DNA of 64,000 nucleotides, taken from contig NC_043010.1 in assembly GCF_006345805.1 (NCBI RefSeq), positions 50,158,001-50,222,000 on the forward strand, in the 5' to 3' direction. The notes beneath the pieces are model-generated. The model did no database searches. It was not told the origin of the DNA and was given only the letters and a program-made list of their open reading frames with translations. The stretch is from Octopus sinensis. Lineage: Eukaryota. This document shows, piece by piece, positions 12,515 through 27,140 of this stretch (its first letter is position 1; each line of letters begins with the position of its first letter). The position numbers were made by a program, and so were the translations under genes.

Positions 12515-12797
12515 CATAAGCATCCTCCACTCGAGCGTGTACGAGGGTGGTGGCCTCTGTTGGCGCAGAGGGGAGTTTCTTGACGTGAGGATTTCTATTG
12601 GCGCGATGCTCACTCTTGGTGCGGGTGTCTCTGTTGGTGCAGGGGTTTCTCTTGGAACGAGGATCTCTCTTGTCTCGGGAGTCTTCGTGCGGGGATCTCC
12701 TCTCTTGGCGTGGAGGTCTCTCTTGGCGCGGGGAATCCCTCTTGGGAAAGGGCCCAATTTGAACAAATCTGTCAAACTGGCTTAAAACCAGCCCTAT
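12515..12797 (-). mobile_element. 5' part of a hAT-like MITE with CCAAGAGAG-type internal repeats
   Basis: Minus strand begins TAGGGCTGGTTTTAAGCCAGTTTGACAGATTTG, homologous to 16788 onward. Confidence 0.6.
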
Positions 12798-13029
12798 ATG
12801 CAAATGCCATGCTTCGTACAAGAAAAAACAATCTACACTAATGAAGAGAAATTCTTATTTACACGATTAATCACGTGCAAAACAAAATATAGGCACACCT
12901 CATCTAGAGAGAGAGAGGAGTCCAGTGTAATCCATAGGCAGGAGAGGTGTAGCTGAAGTGTAGAAAGTCCAGTAGAAGTTCGTGGGTGATGAGAGGAGAC
13001 AGGATCAACGACTCTTCTGTCCGGCCTTC

Positions 13030-13206
13030 GCCATGATAGATCGTTAGCCACTACACATTCTTTATGTTCTCTCCTTGTTGCTTTCTGTGTTCCTTTCTTT
13101 GGAAGAGCGTAGGCTCGAAACGTTAAAGACTTGTTCACTTCCCGAGCGTTATGCTAATACATCTGATTGTTGTCTATACCACCTGTCATCGTCTTTTGTT
13201 TTTTCT

Positions 13207-13215
<9 letters not shown>
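13030..13215 (+). mobile_element. Penelope-type terminal repeat with a hammerhead-like motif (13093-13128)
   Basis: Same family as 7935-8200 and 48740-48910; GAGC gtag GCTC GAAACGTT AAAG. Confidence 0.6.
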
Positions 13216-13300
<85 letters not shown>

Positions 13301-13633
13301 TGAGACCCCCTTCGGTCACGACACAGACCATGGGATTGTACCTAGAAAGTTACCCTCCCAGGCACAAATCCGAGCAAGGTTGTTTATGGAAGACCAGCAG
13401 TCGCCCATGCATACCGGCCTCCCCTCTCCACGCCACCAGTGTTATCCAAGGAAAAGGCAAAGGCTGATACAACTTGGCACCTGTGACGTCGCAACTCATT
13501 TCTACAGCTGAGTGAACTGGGGCAACGTGAAATAAAGTGTCTTGCTCAAGAACACAACACGCAGCTTGGAGCTCACAACCTTACGATCGTAAGCTCGACG
13601 CTCTAATCACTGAACCATGCGCCTTCACAAACA

Positions 13634-13684
<51 letters not shown>

Positions 13685-14125
13685 ACAAATATATATACAT
13701 ATATATACCGTCACTAAGAGTGACAAGGGTGCAGTGAGTAGCAGCATTGCTAGAAATGGGAATCATAGCCACAAAACACATGGTCACTTTGTATTGACAG
13801 GGGAGAAAATCCTCCCCACTGCGAGCGAGATTCATTAGATTAGCATGCTAACTTCAGATAGGAAATTAATTCTCATCAGTAATGCTTACCCCATCACAGC
13901 CTGTAGGGCCCAACTCACCCTCTCAATATTATAGACAATGCCATTGTAATCAATAACTAATTTCATATTCAATACAAAGAGATCATGTACTTTTGTATCT
14001 AAGGAGACTACGGCTCTTATTTCTAGCAATACTCACTGTACTCACTGGTGTTCACTGAACCCGTGTCACTCTTAGTGAGGGTGAATTATTTCCCTGTTGG
14101 TTTTAAATTGCTGTTAGCCACCTTG

Positions 14126-14181
<56 letters not shown>

Positions 14182-15182
14182 TATATACTCTCTATTCTTT
14201 TATTCTTTTACTTGTCGTTTGACTGTGGCCATGCTGGAGCACCGCCTTGAAGGGTTTTAGTAGAACTTTTTTAAAGCCTTGTACGATTACATCGGTCTAT
14301 TTTGCTGAAAAGCTGAGCTATGAAGATGTAAACACACCCTCACCCGTTGTCAAACAGTGATGGGAAGAGAAACACAGACACGGAAGCATACACACGCAGA
14401 TATATACATAAATATATACGACGGGTTTCTTTCAGTTTCCGTTTACCAAATCCACTCACAAGGCTTTGGACGGCCCAAGGCTATAGTAGAAAACACTTGC
14501 CCAAGGTGCGACCCAGAGGGGCTGAACCCGTAACCAAGCCTCTTACTACGCAGCCATGCCTGCATCTATGTATATATATATATATATATTATATATATTA
14601 TATATATATAATAATAATAATATAATAATAATAATAAACGCTCCCTTTTAAAGCCTAGCCAGGCTCATGGGCCCGGTTTCCCGGTTTCTATGACGTATGT
14701 GTTCCTCAGCTGGACGGGACGCCCGTCCATCGCAGCGTTACTCATTTTTGCCAGCTGAGTGGACTGGAGCAACATGAAATGAAGTGTTTTGCTCAAGAAC
14801 ACAACGCGTCGCCCTGTCTAGGAATCGAAACCACAATCTTACGATCATGGTGCTGACACGCTAACTACTAAGCCACGCGCCTCCATACACACACACATAC
14901 ACACACACACACATACACACACACATATATATATATATATAAATTTACACACACGCAAACACACACATGCATTTACACATATATACATACATGCATACGT
15001 ACATACATATGCACACACACACATTTATATATGTGATCAAATGAGAGAAAACTACTACACAAGCATACATATATTACACACACACACATACACACACAGT
15101 ACAAATGCTGATCTCACAAGCCATAGATTTTCTTAGGCGTCAATCCTTTGAAAATGTTCACACTTATGTGTGTACATCTTAG

Positions 15183-15511
15183 TGTATGTATGTATGTATG
15201 TATGTATGTATGTATGTATGTATGTATGCATGTATGTATGTATGTATGTATGTATGTATGCATGTATGTATTTGTGTGCATGTCTGTATGTATGCATGCA
15301 TGCATGCGTGTGTGTATGTATGTATGTATGTATGTATGTATGTATGTATGTATGTATGTATGTATGTATGTATGTATTTGTGTGCATGTCTGTATGTATG
15401 CATGCATGCATGCGTGTGTGTATGTATGTATGTATGTATGTATGTATGCATATGTATGTATGCATGTATGTATGTATGTATGTATGTATGTATGTATGTA
15501 TGTATGTATGC

Positions 15512-15542
<31 letters not shown>

Positions 15543-15727
15543 TGTATGTATGCATGTATGTATGTATGTATGTATGTATGCATGTATGTATGCATGTATG
15601 TATGTATGTATGTATGTATGTATGTATGTATGTATGTATGTATGTATGTATGCATGTATGTATGTATGCATGCATGCATGCGTGTGTGTATGTATGTATG
15701 TATGTATGTATGTATGTATGTATGTAT
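15183..15727. repeat. (TATG)n/(CATG)n compound microsatellite; a similar tract lies at 18845-19088
   Basis: Direct reading; explains the MYVC/HTYI ORFs. Confidence 0.95.
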
Positions 15728-16787
15728 AAGTGAGTATATATGTATGTACGCTTGTTGGTGCTTGTTTCTGTCCGTTTTTGCATGAATATAGATGTATTCA
15801 TTTACCAGTGGCGGTGGGGACGGAACGGCTAATATCACTCCTTTCTTAGCGATTTCTCCCCCCCCCCCACACACACCTCTCCTTCTCCCCTCGTCTCCAC
15901 CACCGGGAGACAGCCGTGAGACCTGCGAGTGATATTGCCTCGCAAATTGCGATGTTATGCTGGCCGAGTTGATGGAATCATCAGCTTCGGCCGTATTTGT
16001 TGACATATTTTGCATTAGAACGCTCGGTCAGGCAGATAAATTAAGAGCAATCAACGTTAGCAAAGCTACGTTTATGACAGTAATTATCGCCCGTCAAACA
16101 TTGAAACGCCACTAATTCTGGTAGCCTTAAAACTTAAATCTTCGACAACACGCCGGCCGTCACAACCGTTCGACTTGTACAGCGAAAGGCAAACCAAATT
16201 GGACGACGCCTCAGCCGACGACACACTGACCGATATATTGTCCAGCACGCCGATTGTTATTTAGTTAGAAGAGGAATAGATAGTTAAGTGCGGACTAAAA
16301 TAACTAATACAGTGCCGGACCCGGACCTCTTATCCGGCTTCCAGAAATCCGAGAAGACTGCGTGATATCATGCAATAACTTGTACTCTAGAGAGTAAACA
16401 GACCTTGCTTTAGAAGTTACTCTGCATACTTTTTAAGTGGATTTATAGGGATTAAACATAATCTGCCTTAGAAGTGTATTAATTTGTACCTCTATCTGTT
16501 AAATTAAAGACGTGTTCTTTGCTTTTCTTCTTTTAATTTTCATCTTATAAATATTATACACATTATACACATGGTACAATAAGCAGAGGCGTAGCCATTT
16601 TCTAAAGTTGGAGGAAGCGGACACATAAAAAATGGCACCGTGACACATAGCAAACAATTTTAAAATCATTTCTCTTATTTTACGCGAAATATTTCATTAG
16701 TTATATTATACGTAACTGCATTCTACATTCATTAATTTTACATTTTAGTAACAGTAATTAACGTATGAAACTTACAACTACTGATCA

Positions 16788-17409
16788 AGGCTGGTTTAAA
16801 GTCATTTATACAGATTTGCTCAGATCGGGCCCCGCACCAAGAGAGGGTCCCGCGTCAAGAGAGGGTCCTGCGTCAAGAGAGGGTCCCGCGCACACGTTTG
16901 AGCAGAGGATGCTATGATAAATTTTTTAGTATCTCTTTGTGGCTGACGGTGGGGCATCAATCCCTCAACACTTTTTGTCTGAGATTGGTGTACTACACAA
17001 AGCATATATACACCGATATCCAACTTTTATAAAGTGAAGGGCCCCACTGACAATTCTCTAATTGGGCCCCGTACTTCCAAGCACCAGCCTTATAGGTAGC
17101 CAGAGTTTAAAAAATTCAGAAATATAATTTTAAAGTGTTTATGGTGTCATAGTGAGGATCTGATCAATGATTTTGCAATTAAAAAACTGTATTTGTAATC
17201 TTTTCAAATATAAATGAAGTGGATGTGTACAAAAATAAAACATTATTTTCCATTTTACTGTTAGCTTTGTTTCATTTTGAAAACTAAAAAATTATTTTAT
17301 GGTTTAATATTGTTTAATTTTTGAATTACATATATCGGTGTGTGTGTGTGTGGAGGGGACCAAAGTCTTTTTAATGTTTTGGGCCTCTAATGGGTCTTAA
17401 TCCAGCCCT
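16788..17409 (+). mobile_element. hAT-like MITE (AGGGCTGG ... CCAGCCCT termini)
   Basis: 5' AAGGCTGGTTTAAAG; internal ACCAGCCTT at 17083-17091; 3' TAATCCAGCCCT ending at 17409; three TCAAGAGAGGGTCC-type repeats. Confidence 0.55.
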
Positions 17410-18040
17410 CCTTCCACCTCTCAAGAACCACATCCGAAAGGCTGGCCCTTTCGCTTCTCTAATTGGGCCCCTAACAATTACGACACTTTTATAAAGCTAA
17501 TACTTACAACTACTGATCGGTGTGTGTGTGTGGAGGGGACCAAAGTCTTTTTAATGTTTTGGGCCTCTATGGGTCTTAATCCAGCACTCCTTCCATCTCT
17601 CAAGAACCACATCCGAAAGGCTGGCCCTTTCGCTTCTCTAATTGGGCCCCTAACAATTACGACACTTTTATAAAGCTAATACTTACAACTACTGATCGGT
17701 GTGTGTGTGGAGGGGACCAAAGTCTTTTTAATGTTTTGGGCCTCTAATGGGTCTTAATCCAGCCCTCCTTCCACCTCTCAAGAACCACATCCGAAAGGCT
17801 GGCCCTTTCGCTTCTCTAATTGGGCCCCTAACAATTACGACACTTTTATAAAGCTAATACTTACAACTACTGATCGGTGTGTGTGAGGAGGGGACCAAAG
17901 TCTTTTTAATGTTTTGGGCCTCTAATGGGTCTTAATCCAGCCCTCCTTCCACCTCTCAAGAACCACATCCGAAAGGCTGGACCTTTCGCTTCTCTAATTG
18001 AAGCCCCTAACAATTACGACACTTTTATAAAGCTAATACT
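17335..18040. repeat. About 178-bp tandem repeat, 4 copies
   Basis: CAAAGTCTTTTTAATG recurs at 17361, 17541, 17718 and 17896. Confidence 0.95.
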
Positions 18041-18844
18041 GCTCAATGAATTATTGCTCCTTCATTTACGCCAGTGCATCCAGATCGCATGCATCGAAAG
18101 GGCATATGTTTGGGACATATTTGGCCTGTAGAAAAAAGCCATTTTCACGACAGTTTGCCATGGATGAAATTCTCGTTTCAGGCAATATGTGTCAAAACAT
18201 CAGCAGTCCAATTTTCTACCAAATTCACCAACTCTACTACAATCAACATCACTAACAAGATAGCTTCCTGATTACAGCCACCAACACTACCATCAACACC
18301 AACACGATGAAAATTAATTTAACCCGTTGAACGAGCGAGTACGCTTCAGCGGGTACGATTTCGTTGACTATACATACCCACAGACCATGCAAAAGCGGAT
18401 GACCACATGGTTTGGCGTTTACGGTCGAAATTAACGATGTTTCCGCCAAATAGCAAACGGAAAAGACAAAGCGAAATGGTTTTCTGATTTTGCATCTTAC
18501 AAGGGTGCAATCAGACGAAATAGGGTCCGCTAAAGCGTACTCACGGGTTCAAAAGATTAAAGCGACCCCATGTCCCTTTGCCTGACCAAAAGCATTTTCA
18601 TGAATATGTCTTAAATATCCATGCCTGTTTTCAGACTTTTAGTTATCCCTTGATTCATATGTTCTGAGTAATAAACAAACATTTCCTTTCGTAAGTTCCA
18701 AATTACTCTGGTGGTCGGAAAAACGTTGGGATTGTGTGTCATATATGACGCATTGACGATCTATGCCTGGTGATTGAATTTGGTCGATGGGAACTGTGTG
18801 GAAGGCTGTTGTATATGTACAAACACACACATACACACACGTAC

Positions 18845-18875
<31 letters not shown>

Positions 18876-20474
18876 TGTATGTATGTATGTATGCATGCAT
18901 ATATATGTATGTATGTATGTATGTATGCATGCATGCATGTATATATGTATGCATGTTTGTATGTATGTATGCATGTATATATGTATGTATGCATGCATGT
19001 CTGTATGCATGCATGCATGTATGTATGCATGCATGCATGTATGTATGTATGTATGTATGTATGTATGTATGTATGTATGTATGTATGTCAACAGTGTCTT
19101 CGTATTTCAGGCTTTAATAGTTCGAGTAAATGCAAAAAGCGTGTGTTCATCAAAATATATCCCATCATACTCCATTGTCAGTTGCCATCGTTGAGCCAGA
19201 AACTCAATTCCACACTTATACCATTTGGCTGGTTTGGGGGCAAAAACTCCGTGTACCCGCTTTTAATCCCATCGACCTTGTTGACTTTACGTCTGTGCAG
19301 GAAATGGGCCATGGCTCAGGAAAGGTGATAATCTGATAATGCAAGGTCTGGTTTGTAGGCAGGGTGGGGAAGTATCTCCGGTCCCTCTACTTCCTTAAGT
19401 TTGCGCTTGGTCGCATTGGCAGTGTATGGTGGACTATTGGCATGCTGTAAGATTGCGCGTCTTCAAGTCAGTGCCCCAGCATGGCCGCAGTCGAATGACT
19501 GACACACGTAAAAGATAAAATATAGATATTTAGTGGCAAATTTTAAGGTGAAACAAAAACAACCCTGCCGACTGCGCAGGCGTGGCTGCGTGTTAAGAAG
19601 CTTGCTTTCCAACCACACGGTTATGGGTTCAGTTCCACTACGTGGCACATTGGACGAGTATGTTCCATTCCAGCTTCGAGCTGACCAAAGCCTTGTGAGT
19701 GAATTTAGCAGAAGAAAACTGAAAGAAGCCCATTGTATGCATCATTATATATATATATATATATATATGACTGTGTGATTGTGTGTCCTACACCGCTTAA
19801 CAACCGGGGCTGGTTTGTTTACGTCCTTGTAACTTAGCGGTTCGGCAAAAGAAATCGATAGAATAAGTACCAGGCTTAACCAAAGACAAAAATGAAAAAA
19901 AAAATTAGATGATAATAAATACTTGGGTCATTTCATTCGACTTGAAGTTCTTCGAGACGGTGCCCTAGTATGGCCGCAGTCTAATGACTGAAACATGTAA
20001 AAAAGCTAAGGAAGTAAGTTACCTTTGGCTATCACTCTTCCGAGGTCGATAAAATTGGAATATTATTCGTATTCGTGGGGTTGAGTGAATATTCCTATAA
20101 AGTATCACTGATGAGAAACAGTTGTAATAACAAAAACAAAACAAACAAACAAACGTAACAAAAATACAAAAAAAAGAAACAAAATGAAAATTGCCGTAAT
20201 TTTTCACCAGCGAGAATTGAAATCTGAACGCAGGAGTTCAAAACCGAATACAACGATATATTGTTCCATCCCAGCCCTCTGCTTAGCATCAACTACCCCC
20301 GTTCCTGCGTTTCCTCCTTCGTGTTCGCCTAATAATAACGATGATAATAAATCGCCGGATAGGGTCTTCGTTTTAACCTTAAACGTGTTTTTCAACGGCA
20401 CCGCCTCTATTACATTATTGTTTTTAATTCGTGTCTTAATCTTTCATCGAACTAACAGCGTTGGGGGCAATAAA

Positions 20475-20520
<46 letters not shown>

Positions 20521-20897
20521 GGTGGTTTTCGAAGAGACGAGTGAAAACGGAGCCGGTCGGTGGAAGTGATGGTGTTCAGAGGAGCATTGTAAATCGGTGA
20601 TGTCGTTGGCAATGATGATGGCGGGCGAATGGAAGCGAAAAAGAAGTAATGACTGCGGCGGCGGCGGTAGTGAGGGCGACGGTGGTGAGCGTGATGGCGG
20701 CGGCGGTGGTGCTGATGGTGGTTGTGGCGGTGGTGGTGCTGGTGGTTGTGGTGATAAGATGATGGTGGTAATGCGATGGTGGTAGTGGTGGGTTAACGGT
20801 GAGACGTAGTGCATCGGTTCAAGTAGCGTCAGGGACGATGAAAATCACTCCAAATTAGCCACTCTTTCTTTCTCCTCTATATCTACACAGTTCACAC

Positions 20898-20928
<31 letters not shown>

Positions 20929-20995
20929 ACACACACATACAAATATACATGCATACATAGATGCATGCATACATACATGCACACAAATGCGTGCA

Positions 20996-21032
<37 letters not shown>

Positions 21033-21099
21033 GTCTATCTATCTATCTATCTATCTATCTGTCAGTCTGGACACATAAATGTTTATATATACATATATA

Positions 21100-21146
<47 letters not shown>

Positions 21147-21438
21147 ATGCACTTTTGTTTACACACACACATACATGTATGTGTGTGTGTGTGTTTATAT
21201 TCACATACACACATGTATGCATGTATGTATGGTATGTATGTATATTCTGCAAGCAAGGAACGTGACCAAGAACAATGTAAGAACAAAAACAACATGAATT
21301 GCGATGACATTCATATATGTAATGTTAAAACGTACAGTATGTTTTGCTGGGTGTTTGAGATGTCCTGTCAATTGTACAGTGGTCAACAAAAACAACAAAA
21401 ACAACAAGATGATAATGATGATGATGATGTTGTTGATG

Positions 21439-21490
<52 letters not shown>

Positions 21491-21575
21491 CAATGATAAT
21501 GATAACAAGAACAATAATGAAAAATATAAAAGTAAAGATAAGATATGAAACAAATAGAATAACAGACCAATAAAG

Positions 21576-21675
21576 NNNNNNNNNNNNNNNNNNNNNNNNN
21601 NNNNNNNNNNNNNNNNNNNNNNNNNNNNNNNNNNNNNNNNNNNNNNNNNNNNNNNNNNNNNNNNNNNNNNNNNNN
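21576..21675. other. Assembly gap (100 N)
   Basis: Direct reading. Confidence 1.
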
Positions 21676-21769
21676 AGTGAGAGAGATATTATACACACTC
21701 ACATACACATACATATATTCATGTATGTATGTATGTGTCTGTGTTGTAGATAGATAGATAGACAGACAG

Positions 21770-21838
<69 letters not shown>

Positions 21839-22927
21839 GGATGGATGGATGGATGGATGGATGGATGGATGGATGGATGGATGAATGGATGGATGGATGG
21901 ATGGATGGATGGATGGATAGTAAAAAGATAAAAGTACATACCTTAAGATTGAATCTTTCCTCCGTATTTTCGTTGCTTCAATTAACGGTAGGTAATCAAA
22001 TTAACTCTACTTATGAGGTTGGGTATTTTTTATAAGCAGAATAACAGAATTATAGAATATCAGAATCTGTTGTTCAGTATAATAATCAAAGACACTTGTT
22101 TGGCTTTGCTGTCGTGGTTATCTCATTGGTCTTCGTGGGGATGGGGCGATTTTTAAAGTATATTTCTATTTCTTAATTAAATATATATATATATACAACA
22201 TACATATATATATATATGATATATATATATATATATATATATATATCTGTGGGTGTGTGTATGTATGTATGTATGTATGTGTGTATGTTGTGTGTGTGTA
22301 AGTATGTATGTATGTATTATGTAAGTATATGTGTATATATATATGTTGGTCTTTCGTTTGTTGTTTAGCCAACAACTTACAAGCAAATTGCAAAGATAAA
22401 TGAAATACTTGTATGTATAATTCTATGTTTATTATTATTATTATTGTTGTTGTTGTTGTTGTTGTTGTAGCTGTTGTTGTTGTTGTTGTGTTGTTGTTAA
22501 GCAGAAAATAATGTCGACCGTGGAGGAAAAAAAAAAAATATCAGACAGCGTCGTGTCACGGAGATTTATCAGATACCACGGAATGTCACTGCTCAGTTAC
22601 ACATCTCACACGCATTGTCGCAAGTAATGTTGCACAATATGTGCCGTAGAAGTTTAGCAGTCACACAACATATGTGTTTTCGCAGATATAGTTGAAATTG
22701 CACGGGTATTATTTGAATAGTCCACAGGTTTATCACACAGTTCGGTTGTATATCACAGAAATATTATGTACAATGCTAACTACACGTGGGGTATGTCACA
22801 CTGTTTATGATATAAGACGGGTAAACATCATAAATAAATGTGTGGATGTGTGCGTGTGTGTGTTCGTGTATTTGTTTTTTTGGTGTGTTATCCATGACAT
22901 GGTGTGTATATTATATATCTATATATA

Positions 22928-22976
<49 letters not shown>

Positions 22977-23132
22977 ATATAGGTCTACCTGTGTGTTTTT
23001 GTGTGTATCTGCGTGTATGAATGAATGTATGTATGCGTGTATGTATCAATGCAATAGATTAGTATATTTGTAAATGTGCGTGTGTTTGTGTGTTTGTATG
23101 CCGATGTATTTATGTACATATATCTGTGTATA

Positions 23133-23165
<33 letters not shown>

Positions 23166-23456
23166 CTAAGACTTTGTATATCTATGTGTGTATGTGTGTC
23201 TGTGTGTGCATATATGCATGCACGTTTGTATGCATGTAGTATGTAAGTATGTATGTATGTATGTATGTATGTATGCTGGTCTTCGTGTGTATGTATGTAT
23301 CTAGGTATATATATATATATAATATATATATATATATATAATATATTATATATATGTAATTATATGTTTATCTGGGGTATGCATGCAAATATGTATTTAT
23401 ATATGTACGTATGTATATATATATATATGTATGTATGTATGTATGTATGCATACAA

Positions 23457-23487
<31 letters not shown>

Positions 23488-24019
23488 TGTATGTATGTAT
23501 GTATGTATGTGTATGTATGTATTACTAACCAAAAATTGTTAGTCCGTCTGTCGACACCAGAAAGGCATACATCCCGTTCAATATTATTATACGCAGATAT
23601 AACTGAACACCAATGCCATACAGATTTAGTCAGAAGGTGTTCATGTATATAGATCCCAAAAGAACCTTGCACTTATGTTATACCACACAGAACAAAGTAA
23701 GTTCCTTGCGTGGTGGAGTCGCGGCTACGTAACGTACGTCACACCGTATTCCACAGATATCGCCTCGTTACAACGTTTGTCACAAATATATGTCACAGGT
23801 AGTAGAGACGGAAAACCAGAAGGCATACAGATACATTATTATGTATTATACATACATACATAAATATATAATTTTTATGTATATATATTTGTTCATTAAA
23901 ATAATGCTGCTACTACTAATTCAGCAACAGGTAACAATCACTTCATCATCTGTGTGTATCAGGTGAAAAGTAATCGAAAAAATAAATAAATAAATAACAA
24001 CAACAACAACAACAACAAC

Positions 24020-24077
<58 letters not shown>

Positions 24078-24122
24078 GTAATAATAATAATAATAATAGT
24101 AATAGTAATGATAATAATAATA

Positions 24123-24174
<52 letters not shown>

Positions 24175-24473
24175 TGAAAAAGCAGGTAAGTAATAAATTA
24201 AAAGCGGGCTTTACGTATAGATGTTCTTTAGTCCGTCAAGACATTATTACAATGGTTAATGGAGAAAAAAGTGTTCTTGTCATTGCTGTTGTTGGTTTAA
24301 ATATTTCCTCCACTGCTCGGAATCCTTCCTAGTTCACTTGGCTTTAAAGATAAAAATGTAAAAAAAAAAAACAAGCCGAACCAAAGCCTTCCGATTTTTG
24401 CTTTTCCGTTAATACTCGGAATGTTCCGCCTAACGCGCACACACACGCGCGTATATAGATACATAGAGAAACA

Positions 24474-24506
<33 letters not shown>

Positions 24507-24715
24507 ACACACACACACAGCTACAAACCGCCTCCACACCACCACCACCACCACCACCACCATCAATACGACCATCACCACCGCCAGAACAACAACAACA
24601 GCAAACTTTAAAATGCAATGATGTGACTTCCTTTACATTTTATTTACAATTTATTTCTCGACCTTCTTTTCCCTATCTCTCTCTCCCCTTCTGTCTAACT
24701 CTCTATCCAATTCAC

Positions 24716-24781
<66 letters not shown>

Positions 24782-25184
24782 ATGAATAGCTGTCGATATG
24801 CTGTTCATCATCCCCTCACTCTTTCTCTTCCTGTCTTTTTATCTTCCCCGCTTTCTTTGGACAGGTAGGTAGAAAGAGACAGAAATAGTGAGAGAGAGAC
24901 AGAAAGACAGAGAGAAAGAGACAGAAAGAGAGAGAGGAAGAGTTACACCCAGCTATATAGCACTCTTACTACAACACTTCCACCCTCCCACTCCTTTAGT
25001 TATAATAAGCTTTCCCTTCCCTCAAATCCACTCCCTCCATCTTCTTCTGTATCTCTTTCACCTCCTTCCACCTTTTTCTCTATACTTCTTTTTTTTCCTA
25101 CTCAACCGTCTCCAAATTCTTTACCTACATTCAAACGACCTATCAGCTGCTTTAGTATCAATCCTCAAAGCGACGTTCTAAAAT

Positions 25185-25245
25185 ACAACCAATCACAATT
25201 AACCATATACTGAAAGCCCCACCCTTCTAACACTTTTATTGGTTA
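25185..25245. promoter_or_regulatory. Candidate promoter: two opposed CCAAT boxes around a GC/KLF box
   Basis: CCAAT at 25189-25193, GCCCCACCC at 25216-25224 and ATTGG at 25238-25242 in non-repetitive sequence. Confidence 0.3.
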
Positions 25246-25734
25246 AATACGTTCCAAAGGCGTGACTATTCAAAGCACTTGCTTTTGCTCTCTCATTTTT
25301 CCTATACAACGCAGAACGCCTCACAGAAGAAATTTTTCTGTACAACCTGGAAGGAAAGCATGATTCTCGTTAAAATGGGTTATCAGCAATGCTCTGCCAC
25401 GACCACACATCACTCCCATTTTATACAGTAATTCACGCACTACGCACTCCGTACGTTTTGCTGAATGAAATCAAAGATAGTTAATTACAGTAACTCAACG
25501 TTCTGAATGGGTTAATATTTTTTTATTTTATTTTCTTTGCATTCATTTACTCACACAAATGCACGCACACACATACACACATCCTCGCACACACACACAT
25601 ACACACATCCTCGCACACACACACACATCCACACACAAAGGCACAGATACACTGCTACACACAAAACTATAAATGTATACATATATACTTTTATATACAC
25701 AAATACTCAAACACATAGATAGATAGATAGATAT

Positions 25735-25791
<57 letters not shown>

Positions 25792-26659
25792 GAGAGAGAT
25801 AAGATCAACAAATATACATATATATATACATATATTTACATATATATGTATACATATATTCAAAGCCTTATGAGTGGATTTGGTAGACGGAAACTGAAAG
25901 AATCCCGTCGCATGTGTGTGTGTGTGTGTTTATCCCCCCCAGCATCACTTGACAACCGATAACTTTGCGGTTCGGCAGAGAGAGCTTGATAGAATAAGTA
26001 CTAGGCTTCCAAAGAATAAGTCCTGGGGTCGATTTGCTCGACTAAAAGCGGTACTCCAGCATGGCCACAGTCAAATGACTGAAACAAGTAAAAGAGTAAA
26101 AGAGTAAAAAAAAGTTGCTGCCGTGTGGTATAGATTGTCCTCAACACGATTAAGTGGACCATTCTCTTTTTACGGTTCTGTGATTGATCCTGTTTATTTC
26201 AAATTAGTGCAACAATCTGTGATGCCAAGCTTTCTCTCTCTCCCTCTCACTCACTTTACTCTTTACTCTTTTACTCTTTTACTTGTTTCAGTCATTTGAC
26301 TGCGGCCATGCTGGAGCACCGCCTTTAGTCGAGCAACTCGACCCCGGGACTTATTCTTTTTGTAAGTCCAGTACTTATTCTATCGGTCTCTTTTTGTCGA
26401 ACCGCTAAGTGACGGGGACGTAAACACACCAGCATCGGTTGTCAAGCAATGCTAAGGGAACAAACACAGACACGCAAACACACATACATATATACGACAG
26501 GCTTCTTTCAGTTTCCGTCTACCAAATCCACTCACAAGGCATTGGTCGGCCCGGGGCTATAGCAGAAGACACTTGCCCAAGATGCCACGCAGTGGGACTG
26601 AACCCGGAACCATGTGGTTGGTTAGCAAGCTACTTACCACACAGCCACTCCTGCGCCTA

Positions 26660-27140
26660 TATACTCTACTATACTCCACTTCATTCATGCCTTTTCACTC
26701 AATCCAGTTACTCCGCTAATTCTACTCAATCAATTCCACTCAAGCAGCTTAATACCACTCTACCATCTCCACTCACTGCACTCCACTTCACTTCAATTCA
26801 TCCCACTCCATTCCACTCGCCCTACTCATTGCATTTCCTCTTCCCACTCCTTTCACTCATTCACCCCTTCTGGTCCGCTTCACTCACTCTACTTATTGTA
26901 CTTTCTCCTCCCACTGCTTTCACTCACTTCACTCCCTCTGATTCCCTCAACGCCACTCACAACTCCGTTCCAACCCACTGCATTCCACTCTACTTCACCC
27001 ACATCATTCAACTCCACTTCACCCAACTCCACTCACTCCACAACCCCTATTCACTCCACTTTACCTCACTCACTCTCTTCCATTGAGTTCACTCTACTTC
27101 CTCATCCCACTCAATTCCCCCATTCTCTCTACCCCACCCC
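26660..27140. repeat. Degenerate (CACT/TTCACTC)-rich low-complexity tract
   Basis: Strongly G-poor plus strand with recurring TTCACTC/CCACTC. Confidence 0.75.

Noticed and set aside
19108-19324. Open stretch on the plus strand between an AG and a GT
   Set aside because: No recognisable protein, weak donor and no phase-compatible partner exons found
20184-20814. Pro-, Gly- or His-rich ORFs on both strands
   Set aside because: Decayed (GGT/GGC)n low complexity; the His/Arg-rich frame has no start codon or acceptor
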